The notes under the pieces were generated by a model. That model saw only the letters and a program-made list of their open reading frames with translations, was not told the DNA's origin and made no database searches. The position numbers and the translations under genes are program-made. DNA of 64,000 nucleotides from Candidatus Cloacimonadota bacterium (lineage in GTDB: Bacteria; Cloacimonadota; Cloacimonadia; Cloacimonadales; WRIO01), in assembly GCA_029553545.1 (NCBI GenBank), contig JAKPKU010000141.1, forward strand, positions 2,418 through 66,417, written 5' to 3'. Positions 9,795-18,729 of the stretch are shown piece after piece (position 1 is the first letter of the stretch; every line of letters starts with the position of its first letter).

Positions 9795-10769
9795 TTATTC
9801 CTTCATTCCAGAAGATGAATAGCTTTCGATGATGCTCTTTTGGGCAAAGAGGAAAATAACTATCAGCGGTAAAATGCTAAAAGACGAGGCTGCCATGAGC
9901 AAAGTGGTTTGCGATGATGCCTCTTGTGAGAAATAGCTCAATCCGACTTGGAGGACTCTCAGTTCAGGGCTATTGGTCATTACCAGAGGCCACATGAAGC
10001 TATTCCATGAACCAATAATTGAGAAGACAGAGGCAGTCGCAATAATGGACTTTGATAGTGGCAAGATGATGCGGTAAAGTATCTTGAAGGGGCTACATCC
10101 GTCAATTGCGGCAGCATCGAGCAAGTCCTGTGGAATGGTTTTAAAGTGTTGTCTCATTAAAAAGATAGTGAAGATATTTGCTATCCATGGTATAATGAGT
10201 GCATTATAGGTGTTTATCCAGCCGAATTTGTTTAATAGAATATATGAGGGGATGATGAAAATAGGCTCTGGCACCATCATCATGCTGATAAGAAAGTAAA
10301 AGATGAAGTCTTTACCATAAAAATGCATTCTGGCAAAGGCATATGCTGCGAGAGCAGAGGTAATGAGCGTTCCAATCAATACCATGATAGCTACATAAAT
10401 TGTATTGAAAAAGTAGATATTGAAAGGTACTTTTCGGAATGCTTCAGCGTAGTTACTCCAATGGAATTTGAGTCTTTTAACCTCTTTTATCTCAGCAGTT
10501 GGGACTTTTAGATAAGACTTCACAATCTTAGCTTTATCGTTCATTAGATTGACTACAGTGCTGTCTTTATCGCCAATGACTATTGATACTTGATATTCTT
10601 TGCCCTCATGTGTATAGGATTGATATTTTACAACAGGATTAAAGCCAGAGGCACCTTGGTTTACTTCAAGCTGAGAGCGAAGAGATACGCCAAGCATCCA
10701 CACAAAAGGAACTATCATAGTCAGTCCGCAGATAACTAAAAGGGTGTAGATAAAGATCTTTTTCATCAA
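9795..10769 (-). CDS. Carbohydrate-type ABC transporter permease (MalG-like) with enlarged first periplasmic loop
   Basis: EAA-loop region (DAAAIDGCSPFKILYRIILPLS), six-TM layout, and a long loop between TM1 and TM2. Confidence 0.8.
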   Translation of the reverse strand: MMKKIFIYTLLVICGLTMIVPFVWMLGVSLRSQLEVNQGASGFNPVVKYQSYTHEGKEYQVSIVIGDKDSTVVNLMNDKAKIVKSYLKVPTAEIKEVKRLKFHWSNYAEAFRKVPFNIYFFNTIYVAIMVLIGTLITSALAAYAFARMHFYGKDFIFYFLISMMMVPEPIFIIPSYILLNKFGWINTYNALIIPWIANIFTIFLMRQHFKTIPQDLLDAAAIDGCSPFKILYRIILPLSKSIIATASVFSIIGSWNSFMWPLVMTNSPELRVLQVGLSYFSQEASSQTTLLMAASSFSILPLIVIFLFAQKSIIESYSSSGMKE

Positions 10770-10777
10770 GTCTCCTC

Positions 10778-11746
10778 CTAATAATGAACGTGTTTCTTTT
10801 CAAAGTGTTTTTGTAATAAGGTCAGACTGAGTATTATCACAAATAAAACAAGTGCAATAGCGCTCGCATAGCTTAAATCTTGAAGTTCAAAGCCTTTTTC
10901 AAAGATATAATAAACAATCACTTTTGTTGAGCCATCAGGTCCACCAATAGGAGGTCCCGTCATCAAGTAAACTTGAGAGAAGACTTGGAAGGTAGTAATT
11001 GTCGTCATCATAAGCACATAATAGGTCGTGGGGGAGATAAGAGGCAAGGTTAGCTTAAAGAATTGCCTTGTTTTGCTGGCACCATCGATCTCTGCAGCTT
11101 CATAATAACTTTTGGAGATGCCCTGTAAACCAGCTAAATAGATAACAACATTGTAGCCAATGCTACGCCATACAGTAACTATAATAATTGCAAATAAAGC
11201 CAGTGAAGGTCCGCCAGCCCAATTTGGTAAATCTATGCCTAAAGGTTCTAATAATAAAGTGAAAATGCCTTTGCTTTCAGCGAGCCACTTGAGTGGTTTG
11301 AAGCCGAGTATTTTTAAAAAGGAGTTAGCAAGGCCTGTTTGTTGATTAAAAATGATTTTCCAAATAATGGAAAGAGACACTAAAGACGTAACAAAAGGAA
11401 TGAAATAGACAGTACGGAAGAAACTACGTAAAGCCTTGATATTATTGAGTAAAACTGCAAATAGAAGAGAGAAAACAATAGTGAGAGGAACAACAAAAAT
11501 TACAAGATAAAAGGTGTTTAACATAGATTTCCAAAACTCTGGATCATTGAGGAGTCTTTGGTAATTAGCAAAGCCAATGAACTTGCCTGGTCCTGTAATA
11601 GTCCATTCAAAAAAGCTAATGATAAATGAGCCTACAATTGGAATAAATCTGAATAATATTATACATATCAAAGCTGGTAGTATATATATCCAAGGTCGTG
11701 ATTTATTAATTAGTTTGAGCATTGCCTCTCCTTTTATTTTACTCAT
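10778..11746 (-). CDS. Carbohydrate-type ABC transporter permease (MalF-like)
   Basis: EAA loop (EAAEIDGASKTRQFFKLTLPLISP) and CUT1-type permease layout. Confidence 0.8.
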   Translation of the reverse strand: MSKIKGEAMLKLINKSRPWIYILPALICIILFRFIPIVGSFIISFFEWTITGPGKFIGFANYQRLLNDPEFWKSMLNTFYLVIFVVPLTIVFSLLFAVLLNNIKALRSFFRTVYFIPFVTSLVSLSIIWKIIFNQQTGLANSFLKILGFKPLKWLAESKGIFTLLLEPLGIDLPNWAGGPSLALFAIIIVTVWRSIGYNVVIYLAGLQGISKSYYEAAEIDGASKTRQFFKLTLPLISPTTYYVLMMTTITTFQVFSQVYLMTGPPIGGPDGSTKVIVYYIFEKGFELQDLSYASAIALVLFVIILSLTLLQKHFEKKHVHY

Positions 11747-12611
11747 TTTCTCTTATCCAAGTTAGTACTTTTTTAGCATATTGCATATAATGGTCACAAG
11801 CCTGAGCGTTTTTCTGATGCAAGTCCATTAAGCGTTGAACAACGGCTTCAGCCACTTTTATCTTATCATATTCTTCGGACAAGTAATATTCTGCAGGGTA
11901 GTTTTCCCAAATGTAAAAGATTAGTTCTGCAAAGGCTTTGCAGCGTGCCTCTTGATTCTTATTTGTTTGATTTTGATGTTGACGATTATAGTATTTCGCT
12001 TGGCTTTTGATTGGGTAAAAGCGAATACTCAGTGCATTTTTAATTATAAAAACAGTGTCTGCAAGATTGACCAAATTGTCATCATAAAGCTTATTGGCAA
12101 AGGTTTTCCGTCTGATGAAAGCACCGGCATGAGGGATGCCGCCAACGAGATTATTATAGAATAAATAAATTAGGTTTTTACCACTGTTTGAAGATTGGTC
12201 AACATATTTCCATATGGAGTTTGTTATTTGCCCTGTTTCGTCAGCGATTGTTAAAAAGTGTGGGTAATAGTAATCTTCATCAGGGTTTGCGTCAATAATT
12301 TTTATTGCTGCTTCAATGTAATCTGGGCTAATAAAGTCGTCAGAATCAACAAAGCAGATAAATTCGCCATTTGCATGTTGAATGCCTGTGTTTTTAGCAC
12401 TCCAACAACCACTGTGATTGGTCTTTATATGTTTAATTCTTTGGTCATCAAAACTATTAGCAATTTCGCTTGATTTATCAGTAGATCCATCATCAATAAG
12501 TAATATTTCGACATTTTTATAAGTCTGAGCAATCAAGGACTTAATGCAATCACCGAGAAAATCCTGGCGATTGTAATATGGGCAAATAATACTAATGAGT
12601 TGATCTGCCAT
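11739..12611 (-). CDS. Family 2 glycosyltransferase
   Basis: N-terminal SIICPYYNR...LLIDDGSTD...DSDD motifs of the GT2 fold. Confidence 0.8.
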   Translation of the reverse strand: MADQLISIICPYYNRQDFLGDCIKSLIAQTYKNVEILLIDDGSTDKSSEIANSFDDQRIKHIKTNHSGCWSAKNTGIQHANGEFICFVDSDDFISPDYIEAAIKIIDANPDEDYYYPHFLTIADETGQITNSIWKYVDQSSNSGKNLIYLFYNNLVGGIPHAGAFIRRKTFANKLYDDNLVNLADTVFIIKNALSIRFYPIKSQAKYYNRQHQNQTNKNQEARCKAFAELIFYIWENYPAEYYLSEEYDKIKVAEAVVQRLMDLHQKNAQACDHYMQYAKKVLTWIRENE

Positions 12612-12622
12612 ATGTGTATTTT

Positions 12623-13315
12623 TTATTCAGGTTTAAACAGATTTTCTATATAATTAATCATATTTTCATTTTGATTTTCTTTGGCAATATCTAAAATAGT
12701 TTCATTATCGTTGGTTCTTGCATAAATATCGCAACCAGCTTTAACTAATAGCTCTACATAGTCAATACGCCCAGCATTAACTGCTATATGAAGGGGGGTC
12801 TTGCCGCTTTCTGTCTTTTGGTTGACATTAATACCAGAATCGATAAGTAACTTTAAAGTTTCAAGGCTACCTTTCATCGCTGCTTTATGTAATGCGCTTG
12901 TGCCATCAACTCTACTCGTGTTAATTTCAGCACCATTATCAATTAGTAATTTTGAGATTTCATAATGCCCCTGATACGCTGCAGCATGCAAGATAGACTG
13001 CCCCCATTCAAAAGTTTCATTTACATTGGCACCACTTGCGATAAGCATTTTGGCTATTTCTAAATGCCCGTAAAAAGTTGAATCGTTTAATGGAGTGTAT
13101 TGGTTTTGGCTCTTTGCATTGATGCTGGCACCATTATCAATCAAGAATTTTGCCATTTCGGTAAAGCCTCTTTGTGCGCTGAGATGTAGAAAAGTATTTC
13201 CTGCTTCGTCAGGCATGTTAATGTTATCGGCATTGATAGCCTCTTTGACTTTGTCAAATTTTTTATCAAGTAAATCTTGGTGTATTGGGTATTTTAAAGC
13301 GTAATTATCAAACAT
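12623..13315 (-). CDS. Ankyrin-repeat protein
   Basis: At least five ANK repeats (G.T.LH.AA..G...(I/V)..LL..GA..N). I prefer the ATG at 13315 (MFDNYALKYP), which is preceded by GGAGGAAAAC, over the track start at 13429. Confidence 0.8.
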   Translation of the reverse strand: MFDNYALKYPIHQDLLDKKFDKVKEAINADNINMPDEAGNTFLHLSAQRGFTEMAKFLIDNGASINAKSQNQYTPLNDSTFYGHLEIAKMLIASGANVNETFEWGQSILHAAAYQGHYEISKLLIDNGAEINTSRVDGTSALHKAAMKGSLETLKLLIDSGINVNQKTESGKTPLHIAVNAGRIDYVELLVKAGCDIYARTNDNETILDIAKENQNENMINYIENLFKPE

Positions 13316-13661
13316 GTTTTCCTCCAATATCATAATGTTAAAAATGTTGTTTTTTGTCAATGAAAATGTTTTGTTTTGATTTAAGTGAAACGTAAAATAG
13401 TAATTATGAGGCTGTTGCATAGTGATCAAAATAACTTATTAAAAAAGAATGAGAAATTATAGAGGTGTTGATTAATGCACAAACTTGGTTTTCAGACTCG
13501 AAGCAAGCTGAAAATTGAGAGCTGAGATATGAAATGTAATCGATCTGAGCCCACTAAGGAGAGTTGTTTGTAAAAAAATCACCTCTAAACCCGCTCGTAG
13601 TAGGCATCTGCCGATTTAGATGAAAATAGTTTTCAAAAAACCCCATTTTGTCCTGCCAATA

Positions 13662-13738
13662 TATATAGAGGGGTTGATTTAATTTATGATTCTGCTTTAT
13701 TCTTTTATAAGCTATTTTGGTTACTATGCAATACCCTC
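13662..13738 (+). repeat. 5'-module-only relative (X) of the intergenic element family
   Basis: TATATAGAGGGGTTGATTTAATTTATGATTCTGCTTTATTCTTTTATAAGCTATTTTGGTTACTATGCAATACCCTC. By eye it is about 80 percent identical to the reverse complement of 29898-29976. It shares TTTATTCTTTT(T)ATA with copy C and CTATTTTGGT with copy D. Confidence 0.65.
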
Positions 13739-13923
13739 TAATAATATTGCACAGATTTAATATCTCTTTTTAAGCAGAAGATGCTTATTGTTGGGTATTT
13801 TTTGTCAAGTATTATAGCATTTTATTGATTGTTAAAAATAAGAAAAGTAGTACTTGACAGCAATGACATAGCAGAATTTATTGGGTTTGGGTTAGGAATA
13901 GTATATGTTTTTGGGGTATTATA

Positions 13924-15669
13924 ATGCTTAAAATATTAAAAAACGAGTCTCTAAAAAAGATAAAGCCATTTGTCATTGAACAAAAATGGAAGTTTATAAT
14001 TGCCTTTATTGCAATGCTTTTAACAAGCGCAGGGCATTTAGTTGATCCATTAATTCTGGCACATATTATAGATGTTTCAGTTCCCAATAAAGATATATAT
14101 GATATGTTTAATTGGGGAGGTCTGTTTACAATAATTGTAATACTAAGTGGTCTTTTGTCATATTTTCAAATAATGATATTGGCAAAAGCAGGAATTAGAG
14201 TGATTACAAAGATAAAATATGAGGTTTTTCAACACTTAACAGCAGTATCTGTAAGTTGGTTTGACAAAACACCTGTTGGAGAGCTTATTTCTCGTATCGA
14301 AAGCGATGGCGAAAGAGTTAAAGAGCTTTTTTCAAACTTCTCAGTAATGATTTTTGGTAATATTCTTTTCTTTATCGGAATGGTTATTGTCATGTATTTG
14401 AAAGATTGGAAGATAAGCACAGCGCTTTTAATACCTATCATATTTGTTGTAGTGAGTGCGGTTTTTATCATCAGATATCTATCACGCTATTATCGTCGAT
14501 CTCGCGTTTTAAATGCACAAGTGACAGGGAGCTTGACCGAATATATTCAAGGAATGGGTATTGTCCAACTATTTAACCAGCAAGAGAGAGTCGCTTTGCT
14601 GATAAACAAAGATAGCAAAGAAAAGCAGATAATTGATACCAAATCATCTTTTATTGAATATGGGCTTTGGGGCTTTTTTGATTTTGTTATTCAAACAGTT
14701 TTTATTATTACTATTATTTTACTGACTGTGCCTAAAGTGTTAAATCATGTAGCAACGATTGGTACGCTTTTGATATTTATTCAGTATTCAGTACGCCTGT
14801 TTTGGCCCATCATGCAGATTACAGAGAATATTAATCAGATTCAAAGAGCATTTGTATCTTTAAAAAGAATGTTTCAATTGCTCGATCTGCCAATAGAGGA
14901 CTCTGCTCAAGAGATAACTAATATAGAATTTAATCATGAGATTGAGTTTAAAGATGTGTGGTTTAAGTACAAAGAAGATGAGTGGGTGCTGAAAGGAGTA
15001 TCTTTTAAGATAAAAAAGGGTGAAAAAGTTGCTCTGGTTGGACCCTCTGGTAGCGGTAAGACAACAACGATAAGCTTACTCTGTCTTTTTTATAAGATTA
15101 ATAAAGGGCAAATCTTAGTCGATGGGATTGATATTTATTCGCTGAATCTCAAAGAATGGCGTAAAATGACAGGTTTAGTCTTGCAGGATATTGTTTTATT
15201 TCCAGGCTCTTTACTGGATAATGTGCGCATTTATAATGATGAAATAGATGAAGAAAAGGTGCTTGAGGCAATTAACTTTGTTCATGCAGGCGATCTGCTG
15301 GCACGCTTGGATAATGACTTGAATTTTGAGATTAAAGAACGGGGGCTCAATCTATCAATGGGTGAAAAACAGTTATTAAGCTTTGCACGTGCATTGTCTT
15401 TTAGTCCAGAGATAATCATTATGGACGAAGCAACAGCATCTATTGATGCCAAGACAGAGGCTCAGATTCAATATAATATGGATAAACTATTACAAAATAA
15501 GACTGCTGTAATTGTGGCACATCGTTTATCATCAGTTCTCAATTGTGATAATATTATGATGTTTGATAATGGCTGTATCATAGCTCAGGGTACGCATGAA
15601 AGCTTGATTGATACTTGCTCTGACTACAAGAGATTAGTTGAACTACAGTTTTTGAAAAAAGAGGCATAA
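13924..15669 (+). CDS. ABC exporter half-transporter (TMD-NBD), partner 1 of a heterodimer
   Basis: Six-TM exporter domain; Walker A GPSGSGKTT; degenerate signature LSMGE; Walker B IIIMDEATASID. Confidence 0.85.
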   Translation: MLKILKNESLKKIKPFVIEQKWKFIIAFIAMLLTSAGHLVDPLILAHIIDVSVPNKDIYDMFNWGGLFTIIVILSGLLSYFQIMILAKAGIRVITKIKYEVFQHLTAVSVSWFDKTPVGELISRIESDGERVKELFSNFSVMIFGNILFFIGMVIVMYLKDWKISTALLIPIIFVVVSAVFIIRYLSRYYRRSRVLNAQVTGSLTEYIQGMGIVQLFNQQERVALLINKDSKEKQIIDTKSSFIEYGLWGFFDFVIQTVFIITIILLTVPKVLNHVATIGTLLIFIQYSVRLFWPIMQITENINQIQRAFVSLKRMFQLLDLPIEDSAQEITNIEFNHEIEFKDVWFKYKEDEWVLKGVSFKIKKGEKVALVGPSGSGKTTTISLLCLFYKINKGQILVDGIDIYSLNLKEWRKMTGLVLQDIVLFPGSLLDNVRIYNDEIDEEKVLEAINFVHAGDLLARLDNDLNFEIKERGLNLSMGEKQLLSFARALSFSPEIIIMDEATASIDAKTEAQIQYNMDKLLQNKTAVIVAHRLSSVLNCDNIMMFDNGCIIAQGTHESLIDTCSDYKRLVELQFLKKEA

Positions 15670-15670
15670 G

Positions 15671-17467
15671 ATGAAAAATAATCATGTAAAATGGATTATG
15701 GATTTGTGGGCAGACCATAAACTACATATAGCATTATTGCTCTTTATGACACTTTTATCAACATCTGTTGCAGTAGCTTACCCTTTTGTTTTTAAGTATT
15801 TGCTCGATGTTTTGCAAAAAGTAACCGCTGATAATACACCGTACAATGAGGCGATGGAGAAAATATATAAGATCTGTTGGATTATTGCTGCAATTGGTGG
15901 GGTAAAATTAATAAGCTCTTTTTACCCAGCTGTTCGTGCAATGATGAACTCGCTTTTTGAATATGTATTGAGAAATCGCTATTTTAAACATATGTTGGAA
16001 AAAGATTTCAACTTCTTTATGCATTTTAGAACAGGTGATTTAGTTACACGTCTTACAAGTGATATTCAAGACTTTCCACGTATAGGCTGGTTTATTTGTA
16101 GTGGTATTTTCCGAGCATTTGACTCTTTTATCAAAATATCTTTCTGCCTTGCAATGATGTTTTTTATGAATTGGAAATTGACTGCTGTAGCTGTAATTCC
16201 TTTGCCATTAATGGTGGTCGCCTTTTATATAACTTCAGAAAGACTGCATAAAAACTTTAAGAAGAACCAAGAAGCTATTTCTGAGATCAATAATCAGCTT
16301 GAAATGACTTTTTCAGGTATAAGAATTATCAAGTCTTTTGTGTGTGAAGAAAAATATAATCGCTTTTTTAGCAATTCATTAGAAAATAGGTTCAAAACAG
16401 AGATGAAAGTAGTGAAGATAAACACTCTCCTTAATCTTGTTTATGAGTATATCGACTATTTTGCAATGATTGGTGTAATCTTATATGGAGGCTTCTTGGT
16501 AGTTAAAGGAGAGATCACGATTGGTACTTTTTATGCCTTTTATACATATTTGTCTATGATGATTTTTCCAATACTGGATTTACCACAGCTTTTTATCTCT
16601 GGCAAGCAGGCATTTGTTTGTATCGATAGATTGGAAGAGATAAAGGATTATCAATCAAGCAAAAGCGATCAAAGTACGCAGCCTACGCCAATTAACTCTG
16701 CAATAAATCAAATTCGCTTTGAAGACATTACTTTTAACTATGAGAGTCGAATTTACCCCGCTTTACAGGGCATTAATTTTACAATTCATAAAGGGCAAAA
16801 ACTCTTAATTGTGGGTCCAGCAGGCGCAGGTAAATCAACAGTTTTGGGGCTTTTAACAGGCTTGTATAAAGCTAATTCTGGTAATGTATTTATCAATAAT
16901 CAAAACCTTGATGAACTGTGTATCAAAGATTTACGAGATAAAATTGGTTATGTACCCCAAGAGCCATCTTTGTTTTCAGGTACGATAAGAGAGAATATTC
17001 TTTTTGGGATTGAAAATCCAGATATGGATCTTTATGCAAAGATTATTGATGCAGTACAAATGAAAGATGAAATAGATCAATTTTTACTTAAAGATTTAAG
17101 TAGAGTCGGGCAAAAAGGTCTGTCATTATCAGGAGGTCAAAAGCAAAGAATCGCTATAGCACGTGCATTGATGAAAAAGCCTGAAATACTTATCTTAGAT
17201 GATATCACAGCAAGTTTGGACGCACAAAAAGAGGAACTACTCTGGGGGCAGATCTCTTGCTTATTTGAAGATATTACCGCTTTAATAGTATCACATCGCC
17301 TTTCTTCTTTGCGCTATGTTGATATGGTTTTGTTGCTTGACTCTGGAAAGATAATTGCTCAAGGCAAACATGATGACTTGATTGATACTCATCAAGACTA
17401 TAAAGATTTTATTTTGCATCGTAATATTGATCGTCAACCCAGCCCCTCTATTCCCGCTAATTTATAG
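15671..17467 (+). CDS. ABC exporter half-transporter (TMD-NBD), partner 2 of a heterodimer
   Basis: Walker A GPAGAGKST; canonical LSGGQKQR; Walker B ILILDDITASLD, with the catalytic Glu replaced by Asp. Confidence 0.85.
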   Translation: MKNNHVKWIMDLWADHKLHIALLLFMTLLSTSVAVAYPFVFKYLLDVLQKVTADNTPYNEAMEKIYKICWIIAAIGGVKLISSFYPAVRAMMNSLFEYVLRNRYFKHMLEKDFNFFMHFRTGDLVTRLTSDIQDFPRIGWFICSGIFRAFDSFIKISFCLAMMFFMNWKLTAVAVIPLPLMVVAFYITSERLHKNFKKNQEAISEINNQLEMTFSGIRIIKSFVCEEKYNRFFSNSLENRFKTEMKVVKINTLLNLVYEYIDYFAMIGVILYGGFLVVKGEITIGTFYAFYTYLSMMIFPILDLPQLFISGKQAFVCIDRLEEIKDYQSSKSDQSTQPTPINSAINQIRFEDITFNYESRIYPALQGINFTIHKGQKLLIVGPAGAGKSTVLGLLTGLYKANSGNVFINNQNLDELCIKDLRDKIGYVPQEPSLFSGTIRENILFGIENPDMDLYAKIIDAVQMKDEIDQFLLKDLSRVGQKGLSLSGGQKQRIAIARALMKKPEILILDDITASLDAQKEELLWGQISCLFEDITALIVSHRLSSLRYVDMVLLLDSGKIIAQGKHDDLIDTHQDYKDFILHRNIDRQPSPSIPANL

Positions 17468-17564
17468 TATTTCAAATCTTTTTAATAAAAAAAGAATAAA
17501 TAATAAAAATAAAGCTTGACAGTTTAACCTAATTTTATAATAATATCTAATTAGGAGGATGATT

Positions 17565-18260
17565 ATGAAACATCTAATGATTTTGATAAGTTTAATATTG
17601 CCTTGCTTGCTTTTTTCTGTAGCAATTAAAGACATACAATTTACTATGGACGCAGGTTTTGATGGCACATATCCCTCTTCTTATCTAAATCAACAAGTTA
17701 GCGTAGAGGGTGTCGTGATTGCGAAGGACTTTTTAGGTAAGTTTTTTGTAATATCAGAACCTCAAGGTGGACCATGGAGTGCCATTAGTGTGATGAGTAA
17801 CAGCGCGCGAGTTGAAATTGGCAATAAAGTTCAAGTCGATGGCAAAGTGCTTGAATTGCATGGAATGACATGCATTCGCCCATCAGAAGTAAAGGTTTTG
17901 AGTACAGAGGAAAATTTACCACTTGCTTATCCAGTCACTTTGTATGAGCTAAATAAAAGTGAAGCATATGAATCAGTTTTAGTCAAAATAGTAAACGTCA
18001 ATATCTCTAAATCAAGAAGAAATGATTTTCAATACAGTGTCAGTTCAAATACAGACACAGCATATTTAAGTGATGGTTTTGGCTATTTTAATAAATTAAA
18101 GAATAAAGATTTTAATAATACACTAATCAGTGTAACAGGTATCGTATCTTTTTCTAATAATCGTTTTTCTCTAAACCCAAGAGATTTAAATGATTTAGTG
18201 TATCAAGTTACAGGTACAAAATCAAATTCATGGGGTAAAATCAAGTCCCTATATAGATAA
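17565..18260 (+). CDS. Secreted hypothetical protein with two OB-fold-like modules
   Basis: AGGAGG sits 6 nt before the ATG at 17565 (the track start at 17559 is less likely). Signal peptide MKHLMILISLILPCLLFS. The protein ends ...SWGKIKSLYR. Confidence 0.6.
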   Translation: MKHLMILISLILPCLLFSVAIKDIQFTMDAGFDGTYPSSYLNQQVSVEGVVIAKDFLGKFFVISEPQGGPWSAISVMSNSARVEIGNKVQVDGKVLELHGMTCIRPSEVKVLSTEENLPLAYPVTLYELNKSEAYESVLVKIVNVNISKSRRNDFQYSVSSNTDTAYLSDGFGYFNKLKNKDFNNTLISVTGIVSFSNNRFSLNPRDLNDLVYQVTGTKSNSWGKIKSLYR

Positions 18261-18277
18261 ATAATACGGAGGATGAA

Positions 18278-18667
18278 ATGAAGAAGTTTTGGAAAAGTTT
18301 ATTTACAATTGCAGCTATCTCAGGTGCATCTTATGTCGGATATAAGGGTTATAAAAGAATAAGCTCAGTCACAAAACTAAGTAAATCTTTGCCAGATTAC
18401 TTAGAAAATGTTATTGGTGAAAAACCTAAAGTATCAATATCAATGACATTGAACCAGATTTCAATTAGCCTTGGAATTAGTCAAGAAGCTTATGATAAAG
18501 AATTAGAGCTTGAGTCATTAATCAGAGAATATATTGAAGACTTTTACCCATCTTTAGCTAAGGTAAAATCTATAATAAATACTTATATTAGAGATAATGA
18601 TGACATTGAAGATGACTTTGATACTGATATGGATGACGCTGCTGACTCAGATGGGGATGATGAATAA
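18278..18667 (+). CDS. Small membrane-anchored hypothetical protein with poly-acidic C-terminal tail
   Basis: GGAGG RBS, N-terminal TM, and a C-terminus DNDDIEDDFDTDMDDAADSDGDDE. Confidence 0.55.
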   Translation: MKKFWKSLFTIAAISGASYVGYKGYKRISSVTKLSKSLPDYLENVIGEKPKVSISMTLNQISISLGISQEAYDKELELESLIREYIEDFYPSLAKVKSIINTYIRDNDDIEDDFDTDMDDAADSDGDDE

Positions 18668-18674
18668 TTTTTGA

Positions 18675-18700
18675 GGTCACAGATTTCTGTGACCTTTTTT
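18675..18700 (+). terminator. Rho-independent terminator
   Basis: GGTCACAG-attt-CTGTGACC perfect 8-bp stem followed by TTTTTT. Confidence 0.85.
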
Positions 18701-18729
18701 CTTTAATACTTTAATAATAAAGGTTTTCT

